From: Octopus vulgaris
Taxonomy: Eukaryota
Length of the DNA stretch: 64,000 nt
NCBI GenBank assembly: GCA_951406725.2
Contig: OX597826.1
Span: 17,236,001 to 17,300,000 of the forward strand
Direction of reading: 5' to 3'
Made by a program: the position numbers and the translations under genes. The notes under the pieces were generated by a model. It did not search any database. It saw only the letters and a program-made list of their open reading frames with translations, and was not told where the DNA came from. This document shows positions 43,221-57,324 of this stretch, piece by piece (within the stretch, counting starts at the first letter, position 1; every line of letters begins with the position of its first letter).

Positions 43221-43645
43221 ATATATATATATATTCCTTCCCATGACTTTCATATTCTATGTTCCTGCCATAAGGCTTCACTTCCATACACGCCAGCTTA
43301 ATTTAATTCGTCCTTAGTCGAAAGACACCTGTTGATAATATCCTGCTGTTTCTATTTGTAATTGTGTAGCATTTCTGGGTTTTTTTACGTCCTTGTTTTC
43401 GTATACATTCGCTTGCTTTCTTCAAAAGAATCTAATGCTCTTAGATTAGATTTTCACGAGAGTAACCGGCCGAAACTGCAAAGACGATCTAGTACTTGAC
43501 TGAAAATTGAAAGTTTCGAATGACCCGTCCTTGGTTTTTCCTGTCCTTTTTTTATCGTGTAAGTGTCCGAATGTTATGTTGTCGCCTGTTGCGTTCTTAT
43601 TCCAGTTTTGTTTTGTTTTACACACACACGCACACACACACGCAA

Positions 43646-43729
<84 letters not shown>

Positions 43730-43740
43730 TATGTATGTAT

Positions 43741-43771
<31 letters not shown>

Positions 43772-44099
43772 TATGTATGTATATATGTATGTATGTATGT
43801 ATGTATACATATAGTAGAAATAATGGATGGATACGGAAAATAGAGTATACTGAAAACTTTATTTGCTGCAACGATCGTTTTCACACATCCTGCACCGCTC
43901 CCTCGTGGGTGGGGAACTATACAATGAATTACAGTGCACTCCACAGTGCAGAAGCATCTCTTCCGGAGATGCAACTAATTTTCTCGTTACATAAATGATG
44001 CCTTGCTCTTAAACTTAACTTGAGCATGCTGATAGTTGTTTCTTAAAAAAAAAAGAATTTAATAAAGTCAGCAGAGACACTCAACCTCATTGGCGGACT

Positions 44100-45026
44100 T
44101 TATGTGGAAATTAAAATCGGATAGTAATAAATCACGTTCGACCGTATAACGGGCTTTGCAGGAGGTGCGGACTATGCTCAGAAGAATCTCTCTCCATTTC
44201 ATTAAGAGAAAGAGTTATTAACAAACTATCGGAAAAAAAACACGTTGCATGCATGCTAGGAGATGCACATTCACCCATTACAAGTATAATTCAGCACCAT
44301 CACAGTCTTAATTAACATACATAGATTACCTGGATTTCTGGAAAGGAAACCACAACACCTCCACCACCACCACCACCACCACCGGAATATATGGTGTGAT
44401 ATAGCATCACCAAGTACTCCAAGAAACTACAATATAGTATGGTACCTTTTTGTTTACTTCCCTGTTCAAACACTTATGTCTATCTCTAAATACCACCTTC
44501 CAGCTGATGGTTACACCACCACCTACGCCTTGTATCCACCGTCCTACATAATCATGTACTTTGTCCTTATATTCTGATTTTAGTGACGAACACAACACCT
44601 ACGATACAGGTGTAAGTGTCCAGCATATGCCTATGGCTGTCCCTGCATTACGCTTCTCTTGGGGACGTTCTCCACACCACCACGATCACAAAGTCATAGG
44701 ATACTTCCGTACTGACCTTGAGGGTTTTCATTGAAAAATATCACCTAATAAAGACCTAAGCCTATCAACACTCATAGACTAGCTGCACCAGAAATTTAAT
44801 TAATGACTGTCTGCATACCAAAATTATCAGGGGCTCCTCTGAGAACCTACATACATGAACGGACTACTTGATCTGCACATTTGCTAAACGCATATAATTA
44901 TCACTTTATTAATAATGTTGTATGTTCTGTTGTCTTACTGTTTCATTGTTTCATCCAACTGCAATATTTCACTGGACACACCGCAGAAAGTAACCCGATC
45001 CGAAAGCGTAGACATACGTAGGTTGA

Positions 45027-45030
<4 letters not shown>
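44100..45030 (+). mobile_element. Possible highly decayed 3' part of a second Penelope-like element
   Basis: Only weak remnants: PITSIIQHHHSL (linker-like), C-x-L-C-P-Y-I, and an LxxxxN-like end followed by a pyrimidine-rich tail and a TA tract. Confidence 0.35.
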
Positions 45031-45081
<51 letters not shown>

Positions 45082-45170
45082 ATTATTATTATTATTATTA
45101 TTTGAAGGAATATTATTCCTAACTTACAGGGAAAAATTCAATTTAGAAATACTAAATCAAATTTCACAAA

Positions 45171-45211
<41 letters not shown>

Positions 45212-45213
<2 letters not shown>

Positions 45214-45718
45214 TAGAAAAAAACATCTTTTATCAATTCAAAATGAACAATTAAATTACACCATCTAGAAAATTACATATAATAGAAATATTAAAAATAA
45301 AATAACAATAATATATCAATGATTAAGTAAATTGCAAAATAATAATAAAAACGTATATATTTGGTAGAATAACGACACGTGTTTCGTGGCTATATCTAAG
45401 AAATGATAATAGTAAAAAAAAATAATAGTAGTAGTAAATATAGCCACTCATCAGGTTAAAAATAAACTAGAATAATAAAATAATTAATTGATAAATATAC
45501 GTAAATTATACGTAAATATATTCTTTAATATATATATATATATAAACACGTGCCGTTATTCTACCAAACATATACGTTTTTATTATTATTTTGCAATTTA
45601 CTTAATCATTGGTATATTATTGTTATTTTATTTTTAATATTTCTATTATATGTAATTTTCTAGATGGTGTAATTTAATTGTTCATTTTGAATTGATAAAA
45701 GGTGGGTTTTTTTCTAAT
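45212..45718. repeat. Long inverted repeat (~173 bp arms) flanked by TA tracts; overlaps the canonical HHR
   Basis: 45212-45384 is the reverse complement of 45544-45718 with few mismatches. Confidence 0.93.
45370..45458 (-). ncRNA. Canonical type I hammerhead ribozyme on the host-gene sense strand
   Basis: Reverse complement: taac-CTGATGA-gtggctatat[42 nt loop]atatagccac-GAAAC acgt GTC-gtta. All core nucleotides intact, 10 bp perfect stem II, palindromic stem III. Predicted cut between 45374 and 45373. Confidence 0.82.
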
Positions 45719-45725
45719 AATAATA

Positions 45726-45800
<75 letters not shown>

Positions 45801-46240
45801 GTATATATGTATGTAAGTATGAATGCATGTATGTATGTATGTATGTATGTATGTATGTATGTATGTATGTATGTGCCGGTCTGCATGCATCCTTATATAT
45901 GTCTGGATATATGCATATTGCGATCCGTGTCCTTCATATATAAGTGCATCAGTATGTGGGCGTGTATGGTGTGTGCGTCTCTCCACACAAACACATGTGC
46001 ATATACGCATGAACACACGGGCCGAAAGTGCACATAGTCACATCCAGTAGACGACTATGGGCGTATGTATGTATGTACAAATGTGTATGTAAGCGTTGTC
46101 GTTGTACTAGTATTAGTGAGTACTCGCATAACCATTAACGCACGAACGGGCATATGTGCGTATATGCCCTCAGGTGTGCACATGTATGTGTGTCTTATGT
46201 GTGAGTGTAAGCATTTGTCCGATGTGTTTATAGCCTGATA

Positions 46241-46277
<37 letters not shown>

Positions 46278-46278
<1 letters not shown>

Positions 46279-46696
46279 AATGCAAAGAATAAGGAAAGAT
46301 AAGGCATACAATAAATTAAAATAAGACACTCTATAAACCGTGTCAGAATCTGTTTGGCTCTTCTGTAAAATAGCTGCAGGTAATAAATCCTTTGATAGTT
46401 GGCCATCTTTTTTAAGCGTGACGGTGTGAGCTAGAACTGGTTCGGGATGTTGGTAAGGTCATATTTGGAACACATCAATATCCCAACATATGCCTGTATA
46501 CACATATATGTATACACGCACGTGCGCGGTTCCACATACATACACAGACTCATCAGTCTATACATATGTATGTTATGTTTGTATCTGCTACATACATACA
46601 TACATACATACATGCATACATACAAACATACATATATACATGCATGCATGCATATATACATACATACAAACATATATACATACATACATACATACA

Positions 46697-46727
<31 letters not shown>

Positions 46728-47013
46728 GTATAGACTGATGAGTCTGTGTATGTATGTGGAACCGCGCACGTGCGTGTATACATATATGTGTATACAGGCA
46801 TATGTTGGGATATTGATGTGTTCCAAATATGACCTTACCAACATCCCGAACCAGTTCTAGCTCACACCGTCACGCTTAAAAAAGATGGCCAACTATCAAA
46901 GGATTTATTACCAGCAGCTATTTTACAGAAAAGCCAAACAGATTCTGACACAGTTTATAGAGTGTCTTGTTTTAATTTATTGTATGCCTTATCTTTCCTT
47001 ATTCTTTGCATTG
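46278..47013. repeat. 736 bp near-perfect inverted repeat (~295 bp arms) around a (CATA)n spacer
   Basis: About four mismatches, all in the outer part. Mirror-image ORFs 46431..46844(-) and 46447..46860(+) in the track confirm the symmetry. Confidence 0.96.
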
Positions 47014-47479
47014 TATTTTTTTCTTAATTACTTCTTGTTTGTATCCCCAGCTGAACAATTTCATCTATTCTTTTCTATTCCTCATTCCTCCTCAGTTTAT
47101 TTTAGATACGACTACTATCAGCATGTTCTAGTTAAGTTTAAGAGCGAAATATCAACTTATGCTACGAGAAACTCACTTGCATCGCCTTAAGTGATGTTTC
47201 TGCACTGTGGAGAGTACTGAAATTCATTGTGTAGTTTTCCACGCACGAAGGAGTAGTGCAGGATGTGTAAAAACGATCGTTGCGATAAATAGTTTCCAGT
47301 ATACTCTATCTTCCGTATCCACTTTCTCTTCTATACTCAACGCACACTGAGGAACTTCTAACGAAGATCGAGTAACGATTGTGCAATTACCAATAATGAC
47401 GACAGGTAGCGATAAGCAGTGAACGCGCTTTGTCGGCATACTGCTAGGAACACACCCAAAACGCAGTTTCATTTTTTAA

Positions 47480-47870
47480 TCTCCCTCTATATAAAAGCTG
47501 AAGTTGTCTGTGTATGACAGGTTTGGTAGCCTTCAACTAACACTATCTCCTCCGAGACCCTGCGGCGCAAGTTGACCAAAATTGAGAGTATGATAGAAGA
47601 AGGCTTGCTCTTCCTTCCGTACAAGAATAAATTCAAATCGGATCATGTTAACACCAAAAATTATTTACATAAAAAAGGTGTTTTTTCTATGAAAATCCCT
47701 ATTATTTACGATTTTTTTACTGCTGTGTCGCCATTTTTCGGTGTATTTCAACCAGAAAAATGTTCACTTAAACAGAATAACAAGCTACATAATGCAAAAT
47801 TTTTACTTTTGAAAAATTCCAATTCTAAAGGGTCGAAACAAAACCGAGCAACGCCGAGCGATACTGCTAG
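47480..47870 (+). mobile_element. Non-autonomous Helitron
   Basis: a|TC...tctatataaaagctgaagttgtctgtg at the 5' end; GC-rich subterminal ccgagcaacgccgagcg, then CTAG|t at the 3' end. Inserted between A and T with no TSD. Confidence 0.8.
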
Positions 47871-47900
47871 TTTAAATCTAAACTTTAATTTTAACTTATA

Positions 47901-48118
47901 TACTCTTTTACTCTTTTACTTGTTTCAGTCATTTGATTGCGGCCATGCTGGAGCACCGCTTTTAGTCGAGCATATCGACCCTGGAACTTATTCTTTGTAA
48001 GCCCAGTACTTATTCTATCGATCCCTTTTTGCCGAACCGCTACGTGACGGGGACGTAAACACATCAGCATCGGTTGTCAAGCGATGGTGGGAGGACAAAC
48101 ACAGACACACAAACATAT

Positions 48119-48163
<45 letters not shown>

Positions 48164-48320
48164 TTCGACAGGCTTTCAGTTTCCGTCTACCAAATCCACT
48201 CACAAGGCATTGGTCGGCCCGAGGCTATAGCAGAAGACACTTGCCCAAGATGCCACGCAGTGGGACTGAACCCGGAACCATGTGGTTGGTAAGCAAGCTA
48301 CATACCACACAGCCACTCCT
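47901..48320 (-). mobile_element. Family A SINE, full length
   Basis: Matches the other copies from tail to head. Confidence 0.92.
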
Positions 48321-48702
48321 ACAAGTTTTTATTTTATGAACCACGCCAAGTCGAATCAATAATATATAATTTGCTGGTCTTTCACCAAATCTCTAAACTC
48401 TCAGCTTTCCACTCATCCGTAATGTAGCCCGTTAAAACTTTAGGAAATGCTGTAAATATTACAACAGTTTTCTTTTAAAAATAATATTGTCGTACTTCAG
48501 TTGTTTTTATCGTAGCAACAAATATTCAATAGCTGTCTGCAAATGAATTCCCAGAGCGATATTTTATCTTAACGTTTAAATCACATATATTTCGCATATT
48601 ACTTGAGGATCTTGGGAACACTCACTTTTTTTATTAGTGTTTTTTTTATTACAGTGTTTTATTACAGACAGACAGACAGACAGACAGATAGTTAGCTAGC
48701 TG

Positions 48703-48772
<70 letters not shown>

Positions 48773-48781
48773 ATGATGTAG

Positions 48782-48859
<78 letters not shown>

Positions 48860-49256
48860 CTATAGATATATGCTTACGAGCCAAGACTATTTCATTGTAA
48901 TTTCTTTAATTTAAGTAATATTTAGTACGGCTGACCGGGCCACACGCATAGTCCCAAGTCTGCTGACTTTAAACAAGCCAAGACTACGCCATTATTTTCT
49001 ACTAATTCTTTCCAGTTGCAACTTCGAATTTATATATTATATGCATGTGTATGGTGGGGGGCGATGGAAATTTCTAAAAAAGACTGCGTGCTTATAGTGA
49101 TAAATTATATGGTTATTGACAATTAAGTCTATTTTCGGCATATTTGGCATTGGAATGTTTTTCTTTTGCCCTTGTTTATAAGTTGTATATATACATATAT
49201 ATATAAGTGTGTGTGTATGTGTGTGTGTAGATATATATATATAGATAGATAGATAG

Positions 49257-49321
<65 letters not shown>

Positions 49322-49340
49322 TATAAATATATATATATAA

Positions 49341-49431
<91 letters not shown>

Positions 49432-49440
49432 TGTGTGTAT

Positions 49441-49662
49441 GTGGTGTGTGTATGTTTGTGTGTCTGTGTTTGTCCCCCTAGCATTGCTTGACAACCGATG
49501 CTGGTGTATTTATGTCCCCGTCACTTTGCGATTCGGCAAAAGAGACCGACAGAATAAGTACTAGGCTTACAAAGAATAAGTTCCGGGGCCAACTAAAGGC
49601 GGTGCGCCAGCATGGCCGCAGTCAAATGACTGAAACAAGTCAAAGAGTAAAAGAGTAAAAGA
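49441..49662 (+). mobile_element. Family A SINE, 3' half, after an expanded TA tract
   Basis: gtgtttgtccccctagcattgcttgacaaccgatgctgg...cagcatggccgcagtcaaatgactgaaacaag. Confidence 0.88.
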
Positions 49663-50792
49663 GACATTTTAGAAGTAATCCAAAAGAGAAAAAGGATATT
49701 TTAGAAATTTTAGACATCTGAACAAAGTTTCTACAGTGACATTGCACTGTTTCTTTGCAAAAGAAATACTTTCCTCTCAAAGTATTATTGTTCTGCATTC
49801 CCACAAATTGGTGCCAGTGTGTTACACAGTTCAAGGCATTAAACAGCAGGAACAACGTGTAATTAACCTGTGTTTCAGTAGTTTGATAGCAATAAGTTAA
49901 CATTTTTGCATGGAGAGTAGTTGCTTGCTGTTGGCACACCGACGACTTTTTCTGAGTTTTAGCAACAATCAATCCCAATCAATGCCTTTATATTCATACG
50001 TAACAATCAGCTCGTCATACAAATGTTAGAAACAAGTCACCCTCTGGCTATCTCTCCTAGAACGACATTGCTTCTATCAAGTGTTCACATTAAATTCACT
50101 TCTAAGACTATGTTTACCTCTTGAATACCAAAAAAGCAGTTTTAGCCTAAGGTAGTATCTCTTTCATGAAATAGCCAAAATCAGTCCAAAGTTAGAATAT
50201 TGTGCCAGCAGAATTACTTCTTTTTTTTCTCTATTATAACTCCTCCGCAGAGTTTTAAAATTTCATTCCATTCTTTGGTTGTATTGTCTCATCAAGCTAA
50301 CATTTTTTCTAAGTTTATTATGCCATTTTCTCTATTAATGAATGATGATATTTATTCAGCTCGGTTTTCCACTTTCTAGTTTCTATGCTCAGCATCAAGA
50401 AATACCACCCTCTCTCGATTATTATCCCAGTTTTTTTTTCCGTTCTACTGTCCTGGTTATCACACTATCTAAACCAGATAACCAACACTAGTGATATAAT
50501 AGATAATAAAACGACTGCGACTCTAATTTACAATCCAATAATGAATCTGCTAACAGCCTCAAGCAAACAATTAAAATTATTTCAGATAACAAATATCAGC
50601 TGATGTTCCTGGAAAACAGGATGTATGTCCTCAACATATCCGTGAAGAATTTCCATTTTCTGTTGAAACAATATTTATTATTTAACACAATAACATCATT
50701 GAGGAACGTGTGATTATCATCAATTTCATTTCTCACAGGCTTGATATTTAATTAAGAAACGTTCATATTTCCGAGTAAACACAAAAATATTA

Positions 50793-51670
50793 TATAAGGT
50801 TCAGTCAAAAAATATCTGACTTTTGTAAAAAAAAAAAAAAAACAAGTAATATTTTTTTTTAAATCATAATTTTGGCTTCGTCTCCTTCAAAGTATTCCAT
50901 TTGGGAGTCTACACACTTCTGCCAGCGTTCCTGCCACTGCCTGAAACGTTTCTGAAAATCACTTTGTTGAATGCTGTAGAGCTGTGCCGTCAATTTTACT
51001 TAATGTTCTCTGTTGACTCAAATCTTCTCCCGTTGAGGGTTTTTCTTTTTTTTAGCTTTGACAATAGCCAACAGTCACACGAAGCCAAGTCTGAAGAGTA
51101 GAAAGCCTGACGAACAAGTGGTGTGTTCTGCTTAACGTAGAATGCTTGAACGACGTGGGCGGAATGAGCGGGTGCGTTGTTATGCTGGAGTTGCTAGTTC
51201 TTTCCTACCCACTGGTGCTCAATAGATACGCGATGGTCTTCATAGATTATTCCTCAAACTTTTGCAATAATTTGTCGTTTCTGTTAGTCGATGGTTTCTG
51301 TTAGTCGATGCACTGAGGTGCAGCCATCTTTGAACCAGTTGTACCATTCCTTTATTTGTGTTTTCCCATAGCATCATCTCCATAGGTATTCTGAATATTT
51401 CGATAGTCTGAGCTTGCGTATCACCAGGTTTTTGACAATTTGATACAATGCGTTCGGTCATCTTGATTCAAAAAGAAAAATCGCACAGCACACTCTTCAC
51501 GTCTGTATTCAACGCCTCACTGCGGATTACCGGCGCAACCTACAGACATGAAAATTTTGGCGCATGCTCAGGAAGGACGCGGCCATCCAATACCCATGCG
51601 GATTTTGCTCACGCGTTATTATTTTGTGCTAAAAAAGTCAAGGTCGGATACTTTTTAACTACACTTCGTA
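50793..51670 (-). mobile_element. Internally deleted mariner transposon
   Basis: TA-flanked degenerate TIRs (taaggttcagtcaaaaaatatctgac / gtcggatactttttaactacacttcgta). N-terminal remnant CQKPGDTQAQTIE...KEWYNWFKDG; C-terminal QWQERWQKCVDSQMEYFEGD. Confidence 0.85.
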
Positions 51671-51830
51671 ATATAGACAAGAATTACTAAATACGGCTCT
51701 GAATTAATAATAATTAAAAAAATGTTTAACTAACTTCTGAGTCATATGCATAAATGTGTGTGTGTGCGTGTGTTTGTGTGTGCGTATGTGTGTGCGTGTG
51801 CGCGGGGGTGCATGAATTTGTATATATGTA

Positions 51831-51889
<59 letters not shown>

Positions 51890-51901
51890 ATATATATATA
51901 C

Positions 51902-51938
<37 letters not shown>

Positions 51939-52301
51939 TATGTATATAGGTGTGTGTGTAAGTGTGTATCTGTATGTATATACATATGTGTGTGTATGTC
52001 TGTGGATATATATGAGTGTGTATATGTACATATGTATACACACACACACATATATATATAACATATATGTATTTGTGTGTGTTCCCGCGCGAGCGTGCAT
52101 GTATATTTACACACATTTTTACTGCTAGATCTAGTCACCCTTTATGCTAATTTCATACACATCTTATCCTATTTATGGGAAAGCTCCTGGCCTTCATCCC
52201 CGACGTATGTATTGGGTTTCTCATTGGTAATACTTTTACCTATATATATATATATGCATAAATGTAACTCTTTTCTCAAATAAACTACACTTCATATTCG
52301 A

Positions 52302-52382
52302 GGTTCTGATGAGGCTAAAAGGTGTTACTCAAGCATGCAACTATGAGTCCACAGCATCTTACAGCAGAAACAGCTGTCAGTT
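52302..52382 (+). ncRNA. Type I hammerhead-like motif with an extended stem II
   Basis: CTGATGA-ggctaaaaggtgtt...agcatcttacagca-GAAAC agct GTC; stem I weak. A homologue lies on the minus strand at ~7000-7090. Confidence 0.5.
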
Positions 52383-52627
52383 AATGAATTACATAAGATA
52401 ATAGTTTATTCCTTTGTCATTCATTTTATTTTCTTAACTTCTGAGAACTCTAAAACGTATAGTAGAGTATTAAATGTCTCTACAATGGTGGTATAGAGTG
52501 AAAGGAGAGAAAATATGTGTAATAAAGTTTATCGGTAAGGTGAGTATTTTTAACTTTACTCTATAATCTTAAGGACACAATTTCTGTATTAATTGTCCAA
52601 TAAGCTATCCATAACACTCAGTTATAT

Positions 52628-52800
52628 TGGTTTCAAATTTCGGCATAAGGCCAGCCATTTCATAGTCGATTACATCGACCCCAGTATTCAGCTAGTACTT
52701 ATTTCATCGACCGCAAAAGGCAAAGTCGACCTGGGCAGCGTTTGAGCTCAGAACGTAAAAACGGACGAAATGCTAAGCATGTTGCCCGGTGTACTAACTT
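52628..52800 (-). mobile_element. Family B SINE, degenerate
   Basis: tagtcgattacatcgaccccagt...aaaggcaaagtcgacct...ctcagaacgtaa. Confidence 0.75.
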
Positions 52801-54546
52801 GTCGGTTACTTGTAACTCTCACCTATACTCACACTTAATGTACTTCAAGGAAAATAGCTTAAAACGTGTGGGTTTTACTTTCCTTTTTGTAATTCAGCAA
52901 TCCCAACCAATATTCTTACTGTAGAAAACTGCAAACTTTATCGTGTGGATTGAATTTAGGATCCTTTACAGTCGCTTAAGCCACAAAATAATGAAGAAAG
53001 TACCATGAAGCTGGAGAAATTAATAGAATACTGAAAGGGGAGTTGCGCTGCTTTATCTGGAAAATTACTGTCTAGAAAATTACTGTCCTAAAGAAAATTC
53101 TTCTAGAAAATTACTGTCCAACTGTGCAAAAGAAAACTTTAAGCGAAATATTATCTCAACCACATGATATATGTTATGTGGACAACACGACCATCTTTTG
53201 TAGAAGAATATTGTTAATTTGATTGACAGCCGCATTATATTTTAGTTGGATTTGCACTAGAGAAGACTGAAAATGGAAGCTAAATATTGAAAAGCATCGG
53301 GATCGTATTATGCACAAAATGGTGAACCATAAATTGAGTAAGGTTTGAAATATTCGATAATTTCACTCAGCAATGGCATCAGTTACGCTTTACTCACATA
53401 TACTCTCTCTCTCTCTCTCAAATCACAATCTATCGTTAAAAAAATGGCAGTGAACAATTTATTCCCTGAAATACAAAAGACAAGATGATCGTGACAAAAA
53501 GCTTTTGATTATGCATCTGCTAACATGGATCTGCCTATAAGCATCCACAGCAAAAGTAATATAGTAAGAGCAACAGTAACAGTAGCAGTATTTCACGTAT
53601 TCACAAACTCCAATATAGAGAAGTAATTAATTTTCTTAGGGATGATCATATTTTGCCGATTAAGCAGACACACATTTGGCCTTCACTTCAGCTTTATTAT
53701 TATTTTAGTTACTTTGTCGAAGCTCTTTCGTCACACATCCTATGGCCTCATCAACGACTCTTTATCTTGGATTGGTTTCGATGAATTTTTCTCCGTATGT
53801 GTTGTTGTCGTTGTTGTTGTTGCTGCTGCTGTTGGTGTTGTTGTTGTTGTTGTTGTTGTTGTTGAAGATTCTGCGTTTTAACTGAACTATTTCCTATAGA
53901 AACTTTTGTAATTTTTGTACGTTACTTAAACCATAAACCCTACAAGAAGGAATGTATAAAAATATATCTTTTATTAATATTTAAAGACCACCGTAGGTTC
54001 ATTTGACATGTATTCAAGCCATAATCTCACAGAATAATAGGCTTTGAGAATCCCAAAACCTAAAAAAAATTATCTTTTCAAGATAATGTATAAAGTTTTT
54101 TTTCTATCCCTTTCGGCTTTCATATTCGTTCATAGAATGCATTCAAGCTACAAATTTTACTACCAACACCACAAACAATACCAACACATTCCTCACTACC
54201 AGTAAGCCACCACTACCATCACTATCATCATCATCATCATCATCATTATGATAATAAATATTACTATCGGCAGCATTTTCAACATTATCGGCATTGTAAT
54301 CATCAGCCACGTCATTGAATCTACGTTTCTTCATTCGTTTAATAACGGACAATAATTCCAGTCAAGCAATTGTAACCGTATGTATCTGCGTTTATGTGAG
54401 TTTGTGTAAAAATGGAAAATAATATTTAAAGACAGATGCGTAGGAAGATAGATAATAGATGACGTACGGAAATACATGCAAGTATATCCATCAATACACA
54501 CACATATACACACAAACACACACACACATACATATATATATATATG

Positions 54547-54640
<94 letters not shown>

Positions 54641-55746
54641 TATACATATATATATACATATATAGATATATACATATATGTATATATATATATATAGATA
54701 GATATATAGATACATACATATATACATACATACATATATATATATGCATACGTTCATACATACATATATTTATTTACGTTGTGTGTGTGTGCATATTGTA
54801 AATATAAATTTACTCACATATATACATATACGCATACACACACACGCACACGCACACAGAGACACATGTGTGTGTATGTGTATGTCTCTGTATGTGTGTG
54901 TGCGTGTGTGTGCGTGTGTGTGTGTGTGCGTGTGACAGCATGTATGTTTTTGTTCGTGTATATGTATGTGCGTGAAAGGAAGGAAGAAGGAAAGAGAAGT
55001 AGTATATGTTTTTTAAAAATTACATAGATTCAGCGGTTTACAGTTCATTGGAGCCAGACCAAGATGTATCTCTTTTAGAAAGCTACATGTATTTTTATCA
55101 TATTTTAACTCTTTTTGGTTCAACCTTCAGAATAGGAATTATCTTCGAGATTCTGATACGTCAAAGTTTGATGAAATAGCATATTCATATACAATTGCAT
55201 GTTCATGAGTAAGTCCTTTGATCACCGAAAAGACAAGATTTTTATGTGACAGAAGACATATTTGCAATCACCCAATCTGCGTTCAAATCCTGAAACATAC
55301 AGATGAACCACGGCATCTCACATCTGATAATGATATTACAGAGAGGTAGCTGTTGCTATCCTTAAATCTAGGTTAGAATTAGAAATGTTTACTGTTGATG
55401 ATAGAAACTAGATTGTTTAATTGTTGTGTTGTAAAGATGGTGCGACACAATCTGTAGAGTGCCAGGTTAAATTTCATGCAGCGTTTAGTTACGTTATATT
55501 ACGTTCAAATGTTGTTGACGTCAACGCTGTGAATCATCCTTCTGCACTCAATAAAAATCCAATAGTCGTATTGTAGCATGGGTCGCCATTTTGCTTATAA
55601 ATATTTAAGAAATACATGTTTAGACATTTACAACCAGATATCCTCAAGTAACACACGCTAAAAGAGTACTAGTTATTAGAAGTGCCTCCTAAATCCTCTC
55701 CAGTTTCTGTCTTCATAGCAATATACTGACATCGAGTTTCTTTATG

Positions 55747-55788
<42 letters not shown>

Positions 55789-55895
55789 AAAGTAATCTAA
55801 ATACTAATATAAATAGTGACTTTCTTCAACTCGACATATGATGATACTTTTGACACTTCAAATGACCGCTGGCTATCAAAAAAAGGAATTATATA

Positions 55896-55975
<80 letters not shown>

Positions 55976-56555
55976 TTTATTTATATATTCATTTATTTAT
56001 ATATTCATTTATTATATATCGGCCTTCGCTATGATAGATCACTTTATTTTCTCTCCTTGTTTTTTTCTGTTCCTTTCTGTGGAAGAGCGTAGGCTCGAAA
56101 CGTTAACAACTTTTACACTTCCCGAGCTTTATACTAATACATCTATTTGTTGTCTACATCACCTGTCTTCGTCTTTTGTTTTTTGGCGGGGAATTCTATG
56201 TATATTGTGAATTATATATATAATCCCTTGCGATTTCGTTTATTTCTCTTTTTGATAGCCAGTGCTCATTTAAAGTGTCAAGATTATCATCGTATGTTGA
56301 GTTGAAGAAAGTCACTGCTCAAAATAGAAAACAAATCAAAAGTTTTTATAATTAGTTGTCAATATAAGTATTTGTGTATGTGCATGTATACGTGTGTGTG
56401 TGCGCGCGCATGTGTGTATATTTAAGATAAAAATGAATAAGCAAGACAATAAACTGAGAGCAAATAGGAAGGGAAGGAGAGAGAGGAATTATAGTTATAA
56501 ATGAAGATATAGAAAGCTGAAAGGAGAGAATTAAAAATTATAGAAGTAGTCATAC

Positions 56556-56693
56556 CTCTCTTCATGTCTTTGTAAGTTATATTGGCCAGCGCTTCAACTT
56601 TCATGGGGAACAACTCCACTTCATATTTTAGGATGGTTTCAGAGAACCACGAGTCCACAATTTCGGTCTCATTGTGCGCAGTTTCCAGTATAC
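56556..56693 (-). CDS. Coding exon (138 bp, phase 1-1) of a putative ionotropic glutamate receptor-like gene, start of the amino-terminal (ANF-receptor/LIVBP-like) domain
   Basis: Minus strand reads ttcttttgttgtag|GTATACTG...ATGAAGAGAG|gtatg. Open frame (G)ILETAHNETEIVDSWFSETILKYEVELFPMKVEALANITYKDMKR. The phase-1 end joins in frame to the exon at 28522 (R-V-IDTLE). Confidence 0.65.
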
Positions 56694-57324
56694 CTACAAC
56701 AAAAGAATAACAAAGAATATAATACACTGAATTATTTTTGGTCATACTTTTCAGAGAATTTGAAGATGTAACCCAGAAAACGATGTGACTTTAAGAAACA
56801 AACGATCGTTAAGACATGCAATCAGCCTCCGTAGGCAAACTCCTTGAGAATTATTCATGTTTATATCAATATCCAGAATAGATCAGTGGATGATGTAGAA
56901 GGAACGGTTGGGGTAACAGGAAAATTATGTAAGCTGCCATATGAAATGATTGTATATGGAGCAAATACTTCTAATATTACTCTAAAATTGCACTAAACTT
57001 ATAATCCCTAAAGAAAACTTGCAGGTCACACAAGAAAGATTACCATATCAGCCGATTCGCTGTGTCTGAATCAAAAGTTTCTTTTGATTGAACTCTTTAA
57101 ATATTTAAATTGTGACTATCATTTCATTCATCATCATATCACTCATCTTTATCATCTTCTTTAGTCAGCATCCTTATTATATCATAATCATCATAATCAT
57201 TATCATTTATTACAATTACCATCATTTTTATCATTGTCGGCTCTAATATTATCAACATCTAAAGAAAATATTTATAATTGTTCTCGTATCTTTCACCTTT
57301 TTTCTTTTCCTTTTTTTACTTACT

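Noticed and set aside
46431-46860. Two near-identical 137 aa ORFs on opposite strands
   Set aside because: A consequence of the palindrome plus its microsatellite spacer, not a gene pair.
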